DNA of 64,000 nucleotides, taken from NCBI GenBank assembly GCA_000165345.1, contig CM000431.1, positions 544,001 through 608,000 of the forward strand, in the 5' to 3' direction. Positions within the stretch are counted from its first letter, which is position 1. Each line of letters opens with the position of its first letter. The translations under genes and the position numbers were made by a program. Under the pieces are notes generated by a model, which was not told the DNA's origin, did not search any database, and saw nothing but the letters and a program-made list of their open reading frames with translations. This document shows positions 21,520-34,400 of this stretch, piece by piece.

Positions 21520-21929
21520 TTCAGAAGTTCTACATTTGTTTTAAAAATCTATTTAGAGTTATAATCCTATTTTCTGAATGACTCAGAAATTGCTAATTTT
21601 ATTAGTTGTTAATACTGCATTACTTTCTGCAAATTAATATGAAAAAACTGTTAATTTATTAATTTTTTTAAAAATTTAGTGTGGTTTCCACAAATATTTG
21701 TTATTAAAATATTTTGTGTACAATAAGGTCAAATTTTGAAATTTTAGTTTTTAAATTTGGACTCCAAAATCATTGAGAAAAAATTTTTCGAAACTTAAAA
21801 TGTGATTAAGTATTAAGGTTTCAAATAATATCAGTCTATAATACTATTTTACAAATTTCACACCTTTAAGTCAATGTCATTTAAATCGATGCTCGCTATT
21901 AGGACATTTAAGTCTCAAGTGTCTCGGCT

Positions 21930-22673
21930 TTATTCTACCTTCGTATTATCGCCCTCCGATTTCCATAAATTAATTAATGATTTCTTTCTTTGCCTGATCA
22001 TGTATGAGTACATAAATATAGAGCCAGGAATATATATACACAATATAACAATATATAGGCATGCAAGATTCACTTCGAAATTCAGAGCATTAGGCATTTT
22101 TGTGGGGAAATGTAGCAATCTTTGATAAACTGGATCGCTTGAGCTAGAATTATTATAAATATCAGAGATAAAGTTTGAACAAATAATTACCTCACTAAAG
22201 ATACCAATTGGATACAAAACAGCAAATGCGCTATATCTGAGCCACTTTAGGAATAAAGGCATTCTAATTGATGGAAAGTTAAATGAGCATTGCAAAATAA
22301 CATAATATGGATATCTGATTAACTCTGATAATGACCAAGTTATTATCATGATATTTGAGAAAACTGTCGAAATTTGGCGAGAGTTTTCTGGAGACAAATA
22401 GAATACGATCCATACTATGTGTAATCTCGAAGATACTTGGATTATTGTGGGCAGAAATTGCGACTTCACAATTCCAAGTGAAGAATTCATTATATCTAAC
22501 ACTGCTAGGCTTTGCGAAATTCGCAGTGCTATCATATGTTTACCTAATTGTTCATAAGTACTTTTTATGCCAATTATTTCATTAATTGTAAAGTATAATG
22601 TTGTAGCCCAAAATAAGGTTGAAACAATGCCATATATGATTAAATAGATACTTTTAAGCTTAGAGCTATGCAT
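21930..22673 (-). CDS. HACD: Very-long-chain (3R)-3-hydroxyacyl-CoA dehydratase (PTPLA/HACD/Phs1 family), multi-TM
   Basis: Family motifs are present: TIIQVSSRLHIVW, ITWSLSELIRYPYY and LYPIGIFSEVII (compare Phs1 QV.SR, WS..E.IRY.FY, LYP.G..GE). There are about six hydrophobic segments. The ATG is at 22673; the track start at 22697 is a GTG. Confidence 0.7.
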   Translation of the reverse strand: MHSSKLKSIYLIIYGIVSTLFWATTLYFTINEIIGIKSTYEQLGKHMIALRISQSLAVLDIMNSSLGIVKSQFLPTIIQVSSRLHIVWIVFYLSPENSRQISTVFSNIMIITWSLSELIRYPYYVILQCSFNFPSIRMPLFLKWLRYSAFAVLYPIGIFSEVIICSNFISDIYNNSSSSDPVYQRLLHFPTKMPNALNFEVNLACLYIVILCIYIPGSIFMYSYMIRQRKKSLINLWKSEGDNTKVE

Positions 22674-22826
22674 CTGAATTGCTATCCCACCGCACACTCA
22701 ATCACTGCTTGTAACAATTAATACAGATAAAACTTAAAGGCTTTCTATTTTTAAATAAAATTATTCTCAACACATTACCGCTTGCCAATTTGTATTGGCG
22801 CTGATCATTAATTATTAAATAAAGTA

Positions 22827-23513
22827 TTGCAAAAAAAAATAATCAATCAATTCAACTCGCGAGACGAAGACTTAGCTAGTGGCTTCCCTGACATTCATGA
22901 ACTCCTTTTAGAGTACAATGACCTATATTTCTTTGGGTCTCTCGGCTCTGTGATAATCAGATGGAGCAATAGAATGACATTGTGCGCAGGTAAATGTACA
23001 TATGAAACTGGAGGGAGATGCATCGTCAGCCTTTCAGAGCCACTACTAAAGTATAGATCCGTTAAAGAGCTAAGAGAGACAATTTTGCATGAGCTTATTC
23101 ATGCTTATTTGTTTGTGACATCAAACGATAGAGATAGAAATTTTCACGGGAAGGAGTTCTGCTTTCATATGAACAGAATAAACAAAATGTCTGGCCTAAA
23201 CATTACTATTTATCACAACTTCCATGATGAATTGAACTATTATAGAAGGTATATCTGGCGTTGCGATGGTGTTTGTAGAAATCACCCACCCTACTATGGA
23301 TACGTTCGACGTTCGATCAACAGAAAGCCAGGCCCAGCAGATTCTTGGTGGAATTTTCATAGAAAAACATGTGGAGGTTGTTTTGTCAAGGAGGCCAAAA
23401 CATTACCTCAAATAAATAATTTGGAGTCACTGGGCACAAGGCCTAACGGCCAGACTTCTAGTCCAAATATGCATCAAGATGATATATTGGAAATTATAGA
23501 AATTAGCGACTAG
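22827..23513 (+). CDS. SPRTN: SprT-like zinc metalloprotease, Spartan/DVC1 (SPRTN) ortholog; DNA-protein-crosslink protease
   Basis: It matches the human SPRTN protease domain across its length. Shared stretches include YFFGSL..IRWSNRMTLCAGKC, SLSEPLLKYR, the HELIHAYLF HEXXH motif, GHGKEFC.HM.RIN, ITIYHNFHDE, YRR..WRC.G.C, PPYYGYV.R and WW..H.KTCGG. The frame opens at 22812 but contains no ATG before the conserved domain (see findings). Confidence 0.8.
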   Translation: MQKKIINQFNSRDEDLASGFPDIHELLLEYNDLYFFGSLGSVIIRWSNRMTLCAGKCTYETGGRCIVSLSEPLLKYRSVKELRETILHELIHAYLFVTSNDRDRNFHGKEFCFHMNRINKMSGLNITIYHNFHDELNYYRRYIWRCDGVCRNHPPYYGYVRRSINRKPGPADSWWNFHRKTCGGCFVKEAKTLPQINNLESLGTRPNGQTSSPNMHQDDILEIIEISD

Positions 23514-23552
23514 GGTGTAGATAATTAACAATGCATATTTACTTTTATTTTC

Positions 23553-23583
23553 TATATATATATATATATATATTTTTTTTTAG
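23553..23583. repeat. (TA)10 dinucleotide repeat followed by a T10 run
   Basis: It is directly visible in the intergenic region between SPRTN and PSMA6. Confidence 0.95.
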
Positions 23584-23761
23584 TCAGTTTCCTTTCTTTA
23601 CATGAAGTTATACAACACTTGATATTGTAAGTTAAGCGCTAACTGAGAATTTGAGGGGTGTATAGATGCTTTTTTTAGAGGGGCTGGAAATTTTGTCCGT
23701 TTTAGGGGCTTGGATTTAATTTATTCATTAATATACTTTATCAAACTTTTGAACTGATAAG

Positions 23762-24581
23762 ATGTCCAGATTATCTCAATCCCTGCATGATAGGCATATT
23801 ACAATCTTTTCGCCAGAAGGCAAACTTTATCAAATAGAATATACCTTTAGAGCTGTGAAGAATTCAAACATTACGGCAATTGCTATAAAGGGTAAAGATA
23901 CCGTATGCATTGTATGTGAAAAGAAAGTCCCAAATCAGCAAGGACAACAAGATAAACTTTTGGACCCTGCCTATGTTACGTCTTTGTACAAAGTAAGAAA
24001 GCATATTGGGGCAGTAATGCTTGGGTTGGCTCCTGATTGTAGATCAATTATCTCAAAGTAAGTTTAATTTATTTGAAAACTCGGAGATTTATTAAAATAA
24101 CTCAAATTTCTAAACTAGGTGTAGGGAAATTGCAGGGAAATTTGCCTTCGAAAAAGGAGTTGAAATTCCTGTTTCATACCTATCACATAAAATAGCAGAT
24201 GTGAATCAACTATATACTCAGCATGCATCTATGAGACTTTTGGGTGCTTCTGGGATGTTTATATCAATAGATGATGAAGATGGGCCTTCATTATACAAGA
24301 TTGACCCAGCTGGGTACTTTGCCTCCTACAGAGCATGTGCTGTTGGTACAAAAGAGAGAGAGGGGAATAATGCGCTTGAGAAGATTATCAAGAACGAGCC
24401 TCTAAACAGCTGCGAAGAAGTTATTTCTGCAAGTATCGACTGTCTGAAAACCCTACTTGGAGTAGATTTCAAAGCTGAAGACATAGAGGTTGGTGTTGTT
24501 ACAAAAGATATGCCCGAATTTAGACTATTAAGCGTTGAAGAAATTGATAATTACCTAACTAATATCGCTGAAAGGGATTAG
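23762..24581 (+). CDS. PSMA6: Proteasome subunit alpha type-6 (alpha-1/iota), 2 exons: join(23762..24057, 24119..24581)
   Basis: Exon 1 (HDRHITIFSPEGKLYQIEYTF..) ends at a phase-2 GTAAGT donor at 24058. Exon 2 is homologous to the rest of PSMA6 (..EIPVSYLSHKIADVNQLYTQHASMRLLG..YKIDPAGYF..EDIEVGVVT). The ctag acceptor at 24118 restores the frame, with the split codon AA|G. A 6-nt-shorter in-frame alternative acceptor at 24124 cannot be excluded. Confidence 0.85.
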
Positions 24582-25406
24582 GGATTATGTTTCCAGCCTA
24601 ACTCAGAAAGGGAATCTTGAATGTGCAGAAATGATGTCTATATTCCAGCATAATCATTCTAGATCTAAGCGTTGCCAAGGTGTTGACCTCTTTATGCTTA
24701 ATACATTTGCTAAGACGTTAAATTTATACTTTTTTTCTAGCTTTTTTTCTCAATTTCTCTGGCTTCCATACCTCGAGAAATGGTGTGGGGTGTACTTGTG
24801 CCGCTCTTTAACATTTTCTCGCTTTTAATTCTTTGAATGCTAGCGGCTATTTTGGAACCTTTTATAATCTAGAGTGAGGAGATGTACGCAAGTTTGTGTC
24901 TACAAATGCAATGCTCACAGAGGATATTGGTGGAAATGTCTGAATCATAATAAAGGTGCATTTTTGCATTTAAACTATTTTATTTTTAGAAAGGAGTATT
25001 ACCTTTCATAAGAAAATAAATCTAACTTCAATCTAGCTAGAAAAGAACTTAAATTCAACCCTAAAGTGTATACAAAAATACTGGGGAATTTTGTTTGCAT
25101 TTCAAGGGTTTAGAAATTGTTAATTTCAAGTTTAATATAATTACCATTTTTTGCAAAAATTATAAATAAAAGGACACGAAATTTGTTTATATCTATTGTT
25201 AATTCAAGATAAGTAAGCTTAATACAAGTTAAGACTATTATAACTATTTAAGAATAATATTTAGCTGGTTTATTGGATATTCAATTCTCAACCTAAATTT
25301 TGCACTAATTTAAAAGCTATCTTAAGATTATTTTCTGAAATTTTAAGATAAGAATTACTTTAAATAAACTTCTTATTAAATATTGATTTTGTCTCCTGGT
25401 AATAGA

Positions 25407-28400
25407 ATGCTTAACAAAGAGGAGTACGGGCCATGCATAAATAGTACATTTAGTGAGTCGAATAGTAAGATGAATCCAAAAAATAATGAGTCAAATTTTC
25501 AAGATCAAGTCAGCTTAAAGGATTTATTTTCCCTATATGGAAAAAATCCATTTTTTTATACTCTCAAAGAAAATGCCAGAATAAATGGATTTAGGGAATG
25601 TTATTCTTGGATAGGGTCAAATGGGGACATAAAGAAGAAGTTTACTTATAGAGAATTCTTTGAAAAAGTAGTTGAATTAAGTTGGTATTTGAGCAAAAAA
25701 CTAGGAATCAAGGCAGGAGACAAAGTTATTTTGTGTTATACACCAGGATATGATTTTGTAATTGCATTTACTACATGTTTAGTTAGTGGGATTGTTGCTG
25801 TCCCTGTATATCCTCCTGATCCAATGAGAGGACAAAGCGAAATACAGAGGTTTTGTGATATAAAGCAAGCTTCAGAAACTAATATTTCCCTCACTTGTAC
25901 ATCTTATATGAGAAGTATTGAGATAGCTAAAACAATGTCTACCGACAAAAGATTTAAATCAATAAGGTTTGAAGCAACAGATAATTTGAAAATACGGAAG
26001 GAAGAATATATTAACGAAGTACAAAAGGCGATTAATGATATTATTCTTAATGATTCTAATCATTTTGATTTTTTGGGTTTTGATTTTAATATTAATACGG
26101 TAGCATTTCTGCAATTTACTTCAGGATCAACTTCCCAACCAAAAGGGGTGATGGTTACTCATGGAAATCTACTTTATAATATTCATATTTGCATCAGTAG
26201 CTACTCGTTTCCTTCAGTTTTAGAAGAACATTATAAAAATGAGCTTGACAGTATTCCTGCAGGAATTACAGTTTTGAAAAAAAACGAGCTTACAGAAGAT
26301 GAATTATCTTTCATTCATAACGAATTTGGAGAAGAAAAAAATATTATGTCATTAAATGATATTAAGTATGATAAATTGTATTTATATATGAGTATCATTA
26401 ATAAAGTCTTATATAAGAATACAATGAGTTCAGCTTCTGTTTTTAGCTGGCTTCCTGTTTATCATGATATGGGTTTAATTGGTTTTTTTTGTACTCCTTT
26501 GTTTTTTGGGTGTAACATTTTCCAAATGTCCCCAATTGACTTCATAAAAAAACCCTACCTTTGGATGCAATGCATGGATAAATACAATTGTTCTGTAAGC
26601 GGTGCTCCAAACTTTGCTTTTGAAGTCGTCGTAAGAAAAACTCCAAAGGAAATCTTAAATCAACTTAATTTAAAACATGTTTTTGCAATTTTATCTGGAG
26701 CCGAACCAATTAGAAAAACAACAATTGACAGATTTACTGAGGCCTTTAAGTCAGTGGGAATAAAGCATAATGTTATCAAGCCGGCATATGGTCTTGCAGA
26801 GCATACCTTGATTGTAGCAGGGAGCAATAGTTTTCAGCAAGAGGTAAACCATATCACTGTTAACACCAAGAAATTAAGAGAGAAGAATATTGTTGAAATA
26901 AAGGAGGCTAAAGAGAAAAGTTCTACAGAAACAACATCATTTGTTTCGAGTGGTATTGTTTACAAAGGAATTGATTTGAGAATTGTTAATCCGGAGAGTT
27001 TAAAAGAAGTAACTCCCGGAAATGTTGGCGAAATTTGGATTTCAAGTGAGTCTGTAACGCTTGGTTATTATAATAACAAGGAAGAGACAGAAAAAACGTT
27101 CAATGCAAATTTCACTATGCTAGATGGAAAAACATCGAAAAGTACTTACATGAGAACTGGGGATAGTGGTTTCATAATAAATGATATGCTTTATATTTCA
27201 GGGAGAATCAAGGATATGATAATCATTAGAGGTAGAAACTTTTATCCACAAGATATTGAGGAAGTTATTGATGGGGTCAGTGGAGTTAGACAAGGGTCAG
27301 TTGCTGTATTTTCTGTAACCCAGGCAGATGGTGAAGAGGCTATTGGTGTTGCTGTTGAAATCAGAATGGAAACGAGTATACTTGGAAGGGTAAGAAGGTT
27401 TTTTGAAAAACCTGCTTATGATAATATTGTTAGAGCAATATCGAAGGCAGTATTTATTGGGCACGGGCTACCAGTACATTACATTTGGCTTCTCTCCCCT
27501 AGAACAATATTAAAAACAAGCAGTGGAAAAATTAGAAGATCTCAAACAAGAGATGCAATTTTTTCCAAAAAACTTGTTCCATTATTCGAGTGGGTTTGTG
27601 AACAGTCTCCAATGTCTGATATTTTGGTTGAGCGATCATCACAGTTTATTAGTCCAACATCCATGATTATTTCAAAGTCTGGAGTTCAAAATAAATCAAA
27701 ATTTTATGAGAAAACACATTCAGGCCAACAAAAAATATCTGAGCAAGCTAATGATGAAAAAAATGAGTTTGATATTGATCAAGTCAAGATAAAGATCATT
27801 GAATTTGCTGCGCAAGTATTGGGAATAACACAGAAGGACCTGGATCTTAATGCGCCTCTACATGAATATGGAATAGATAGTTTAGGATCAATTCGCCTAT
27901 CTGAAATGATGAATGAAGAGTTTGGTGTAGAGCTAGACTCTACACTTTTATTCAACTATCCAACTGTAATAGAGATTGTGGACTTTGTTGCAGCACAGAT
28001 CTCTGGAAAAGAACTTCATAGAAAGAACTTGCTTAATCGCTCAGGGATTGACAGCTACTCAGATATTGTAGTTGTTGGAATGTCTTGTTCATTTCCTGGT
28101 GGGTCTTCAACTCCAGGAGAATTTTGGAGTTTGCTACAGTCAGGAGTTGATGCAATCGGAGAAATTCCAAAAAGTAGATGGAACATTGATGAGTATTATT
28201 CAACTGATTTAGATTTAGAGAACAAAATGTATACTAAAGAAGGAGGTTTTATAGAAAACATTGATCAATTTGGAGCATCATTCTTTAAAATATCCCATGC
28301 AGAAGCAAGATCTATGGACCCACAACAAAGAATATTTCTCGAAAAATCTTTTGAAGCGTTAAAGGACGTAGGATATACCATTGATACTTTAAAAAAACGA

Positions 28401-31400
28401 AATATTTCTGTGTTTGCAGGTTGTTGCAGCAATGATTGGACCCATGTTTGCAAATCAGAAGCAAATTCAAATATTGGTACATATGCTGCAACAAGTCATG
28501 CTGCATCAATAATAGCGAATAGGGTCTCATATACTCTAGGCCTGACAGGGTCTTCTGTGACAGTTGACTCTGCATGCAGTGCATCGATAGTTGCTCTTCA
28601 TGTTTCTTTACAAGAAATCTCAACTGGACAATGTGAAGCAGCTGTTGTTGGTGGTATTAATTTAATGCTTTCTCCGCAGATCACTGTTGCTCTTTGCAAA
28701 GCTAGGATGCTTTCTATGGATTGTCGATGTAAATCTTTTGATGCAGCAGCAAATGGATATGTAAGAGGAGAAGGTGTTGGAGTCCTTGTTTTAAAAACAA
28801 TGGAGAACGCAAATAATGGTGAAAAAATCTATTCAGTTATTAAAGGATCATCGGTAAACCACAATGGAAGGTCTGCAAGCTTAACAGCCCCAAATGGAAT
28901 CTCTCAGCAAAATGTAATAAATTCAGCTCTGGAATATGCAGGAATAAGACCAAATGATATTGGTTATATTGAAGCACATGGTACAGGTACATCTCTTGGA
29001 GACCCAATAGAAGTATCCGCATTAAAAAGCATATTTTCGAGAACAAGAGATTCAGGAAAACCTTTAATTATTGGTGCTGTTAAAACGAATATTGGCCACC
29101 TAGAAGGAGCTGCAGGTATGGCTGGTATTTTCAAAGTTATTCTTTCTTTAATAAATGATACTGTTCCTCCAAATCTCCACTTTAAAAACATTAACCCTCA
29201 CATCAACCTAAAAGGTTTTCCCGTAATCATTCCAACATCTAACATTGCACTGCAAACATATGACGGTTCAAAAACTTGTGCAGGAGTTTCTGCATTTGGA
29301 TTTGGTGGTACAAATGCACATGCAATTTTTGAAAAACCGAATCTAAGTATTGATTTGCCGATTAAAACGGTAAAAATAGAGACGAATAAGGCAAGAAATA
29401 ACCCTGTTCTATTTGTATTTGGTTTTCAAGGATTCCAGCATGTAAACATGGGTAAGTATTACTTTGAGAGAGAAATAGTCTACAGAGAATGGTTCTTGAA
29501 GTGTTGTAAAATAATTGATCCATTCTTAAAAATATCACTAAAATCATTAGTTTATCCTGAAACCAAGAATATGGAAAAATTAAGAGAGCTAAATAAGATC
29601 CTTGAGCAGGAAGAATATGCTCAATGTGCGCTTTTTGCAGTTCAATACTCTCTTGCAAAGCTCTTAGAGTCTAAAGGAATATATCCAGGAGCAGTAATTG
29701 GTCTTTCAGATGGAGAGTTAGTTGCATCTGTTTACTGCGGTTCTATCAACCTAGAGGATGGGCTAAAATTGTGTATGCTAAGGGCATCTTTATTGAGTGA
29801 GTTTTCAGCTGGTGAGGGGAAAATGGCACTGTTCAATGTGTCTAAAGAGGATGCCGAAATGGCTTTAGCAGACGTTGGACCACAACATAATAATAGGGTT
29901 TCAATTTTTGCATCTATTAGTTCAAATCAAGTCTTGCTTTCAGGCGATGAAGAAAAGCTTGAAACCGTAGTTTTTATATTGAAAGAATACTACCCTAGGG
30001 CCAATGCACATTCTATAGATGCAAAGTTCCTAAGAACAAAATATTCATTTGGTACCAACGGAATGAATGGCCTAATAGAGCCAATTTCTAACTTGATGGA
30101 AAATATTGCATTGGAAACTCCGATGATTCCAATGATTAGTGGAACTTCTGGTTATTTTGTTTATGAAGAATTAACAAGTCCAAAGTATTGGGGATGGCAG
30201 TTAAACAATAAATTATCTATCTCAAAGGCACTAAATACTGCTATTTTAAATGGAGCATCTACCATATTAGACTTAATGCCCATTTCCAGATCAGAATTTG
30301 AAATTTCAGAAATTTTTAATTTTGAAAATATTGATAAAGACACTATTTACTATTCACTTTTCGAAGATACAAACTTGGAAAGTTATGAACCGAATAAATT
30401 CAATAAAATGATCAAGGTGGTATCTGAAATTTTGCTTAAAAATCCATATAATGTTGAAGATGCATGTGACCAAATAATAAATAGCAATGGATCAACATAT
30501 AGCCGTGAGTCATTCCCTTGGAACTCGTTTAAACATTCAATACTTGGTGAGCAGAAATCAATTGACAGGTCAGTAAAAATTGTCTCTACCCTTAATAATA
30601 AGTCAATAAAACTATTCTCTGATCATAAAGTTTATGAAACAATTGTGATTCCGGGAGCCGGACTCATTGATTTGGCAGCAGCATCCATTATAACTGTTTC
30701 AATGGATGATGATAGTATTTTGCAAGGTTCTAATGCATTATTTGGAGAAAGTATAGCTGTAAAGCTAAACAATGTACTTTTTGAAAAACCAGTGGTGGTG
30801 AATAGAACTAGTTTATTTTCTTCTGAATGTACAGAAGTAATTAATCAACTGAAATCATACAACAATCTCGCCAACGATCAAAAAACAAATTTAATTTGTA
30901 ATATTGAGTCCGACGGAAGTATTTCTATACAGTATTGTAACATTGACAATCAAGAAGATTTTGATTATGAGGCTGATAATTCAATGATTGATTGCTTTTC
31001 TTGTAAGGCAAAAATTTCCGAGGGGGAATTTGTTCTAAGCGAAGATCTTGCCCAATTAAAGAACAATACAAATATAAAGGAAGATCCGAAAATTATGTAT
31101 GAAGAATATGAAGAAATTGGTTTGAAATATGGAAAAAAATTCAGAGTTGTGAAAGAAATTTATAGAAATGAGACATGTTCTATTGCTTTAGGAAAAATCT
31201 ATTTACCAGAAACGTGTAAATTTGGAACATTTGAATCTGGATTTTATTTCCATCCTGCAATTTTGGATGGTGCTCTCCATGTTGCAGGCTCACTATTAAA
31301 ATATAAAGATTCTTTTAAGAGTAAGCAGGCAATGGTACCAGTTAGTATTGAAGAAATTGAAATTAAATATGTCAACGCAAATCAAATGATTTGGGCAGCT

Positions 31401-34400
31401 GCATATCTTAGTGAAGCGACACAGAATTATTCCATTTTCGATTTAGTTTTGTTCGATTCAGAAGGAAGTTGTATTGGAAAATTAGAAAAAGTTTCTCTGC
31501 GTCAATTTAACAGCAAAAATATTTCGAGACCTACAGTTTCGCACAATGAAATACTTTGGATAACAGAATGGGAGAAATCAGATGTTTTAAAATTTTCAAA
31601 AAATATTTCAAAAGAGAGTGATTTTGATTTAAAAATAGCCTTAATACATTCAGGAATCTGTAATATTAGTGAAAAGGACGATATACAATTGCCCAAAGCC
31701 AATATAAGCTTCGTAAATTTAGATAAAATAAAAGAAAGTAATATTGAAGAGCTAGAAAGACTCATTGATATAACATCACTCGATTCATTAGTTTTCCTCT
31801 CACCAGTTGAACTGGCTTTGTCTGCTAAGATAGATTGTGAGAAGATTTCAATTGATATTTTGGAGTATGTAATGAAGATTTGCAAATTATACTTAAAAAT
31901 ACTAAAGCAAGCCAAACCAACTAAACAAGAACAAAAAATAAATATTCCAAATTTCTGGATCATAACAACAAATTCTCAAAATTTAATCAACTATAATATT
32001 AATGAAAATATTTGCATTCCAAATAACTCCGGATTATGGGGATTAGCTAAATCAGCAAATCTTGAAATTAGTTCTTTATTAACAAACTTTAGCCAACCAA
32101 TCAAGAGTGTGGATCTAGAAATTACAGATTTTAGTGATAATCAATATTTGAGAAAAACCATAGGAAGCTTAGTTCGATGGATAGGAAACTTTGAATATTC
32201 ATCTCTAAAAGAAAAAGAAAATCTTATTTTCAAATTTGAAAGGGAATTTAGTATTACCTCCAAAAATATATATGTAAACAGAATAAATAAATTCCATAAG
32301 CAAATTGTTGGGCCAGTTGAATTATTCATGCAAAATAGAGGTTCAATTTCTAACTTATCGTTAATAGAATCAGAGCCTATACAACTTGAAAAATTGAATG
32401 ACTATGAAGTAGTTATGAGAGTGAAATCTATTGGATTAAATTTTAGAGATGTATTAAATGTTATGGGATTGTATCCCGGTGACCCTGGACCTCCCGGCGG
32501 TGATTGTTCTGGTACTGTTGTCGCTGTTGGTGAAGGCGTTAAGCATATTAAAGTTGGTGATAATGTATTTGGAATTGCTCCTGGATGCTTAAAAACTTAT
32601 GTTACCACTGATTCAAATTTGTTATGCAAAATTCCAAAAGGATTTACCTTCGAACAAGCTGCTGCGTTACCAGTTGTTGCAACTACAGTTGAATATTCTC
32701 TTAAAGATATTGCGAATATTAAAAAAGGAGATATTGTTCTAGTTCATGCAGTTACTGGTGGCGTAGGATTAATGGTTGTTCAATATTGCAAAGCAATTGG
32801 TGCTAAAGTATACGGCACAGCTGGAAGCGAATCTAAAGTTGAATATGCACTTTCTAATGGTGTTGAGAGGGTAAGTAGCTCGAGAAATGCTGATAAATTT
32901 AAAGAGGATATGAAAGATTTAGAGGGAAAAGTTGATATTGTAATCAATTCATTGATCGAAGACTTTATTCCAAATTCTTTGAATTTATTGAAAAAAGGTG
33001 GTTGTTTTGTCGAATTGGGAAAAAGAGGAATATGGACAGAAGAAGAGATGAAAGAAAAGAGACCTGATATTAAGTACAAATGTGTTGCTGTTGATGTAAT
33101 GATGGAGGAAGATCCTTCTTGGTTTGGGGGAATGCTAACAAGAATAAAAAATTTGGCAGAAGAAGGAATAATCGAATCATTACCATTGAAGGTGTTTGAT
33201 ATGAGAGGTTCAGATGAGAATGGAATAGATGCATTCAGATATATGCAAAGAGCGCAACATATAGGAAAGGTTATTATTAAAATTCCATACTTAGCCGGTA
33301 TTGGAGATAATTCAATTCCAGAAGAATGCTTGATTACAGGTGGAAGTGGTTCTTTAGGTCTAGTTCTCACAGAGACCCTGCTTAATGAGGGTATTACAAA
33401 TATTTCTATAATTTCTAGATCAGGAATTGAATCACAATCAGATAGTATAAAAGCCAAATGGGAGAAACTATTTAAGAGAATTCTGAATAATAAAAATGGT
33501 AATAGTGGTATTAGATTCTTTAATATTGATATTGGCAACAAAGATTCAGTATATAAATTAATTAATACAGAGTTTAAAAACCTAAAGCATATATTCCATT
33601 TGGCAGGAGTACTTTCAGACTCAAACATCGAAACTCAAACTCGTGAAAGCATTGAGGAGGTATTTAAACCAAAAGCAATCGGTGCATGGAACTTACACAA
33701 CATCTGTGAAGAATTAGGGTTAAACAAAGAATTAAAGACATTTGTTATGTATTCTTCGATTGCATCAGGTTTAGGTAACTTTGGTCAAACAAACTACTCT
33801 GCAGCAAATTCTTGTTTAGATTCATTATCACAATATAGAGTAAGCAAAGGACTTAGCAGCAGAAGTATTCAATGGGGAGCTTGGGATGAGGATGGAATGG
33901 CTATGAATATAAGACAGCATTTGGGATTGGTAGGAATGAGCCCTATCTCCAAAACTACTGGGCAACAGGTAATATTTGATTTAATTACAACACAAATTTA
34001 CGAGGAAAATAGAAAGTCTGCGACAATAATGTGCCTTCCAATTAAATGGAAGACTTATATTAATACAATATATTCTGGAGAAAACATACCCCAGTTCTCA
34101 CTGGTAAATACGAATTTAAGAACTAAAAGGCAGCAAAATACAATATTATTGAAAATGAGTAAAGAAGAACGTGAAACATATATCGAGAAACAGATTATTT
34201 CTCTTTCAAAATCTATTCTTGGTGTTGAAATTAAATCACTGGACCAACCATTACAAGACATTGGAATCGATTCGCTTGCAGCACTTGAATTCAGAAACGC
34301 ATTATCAAAGAAATTTAACATTAAACTGTCAGCAACAACATTATTCGATTATCCTACAATTAGAGGAATTAAGGATCATATATCCGAGAAGCTTTCTGTC

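Noticed and set aside
24631-24828. 65-aa ORF between PSMA6 and FAS1
   Set aside because: It is short, has no homology, and lies in an AT-rich intergenic or UTR region, so it is probably spurious.
32780-33628. Minus-strand ORFs inside FAS1 (32780..33628, 39404..39922, 45890..46408, 40237..40503, 46723..46989 and others), some with identical translations
   Set aside because: They are antisense to a strongly supported coding region. Their recurrence with identical sequences is simply a by-product of the ER/KR nucleotide repeats.
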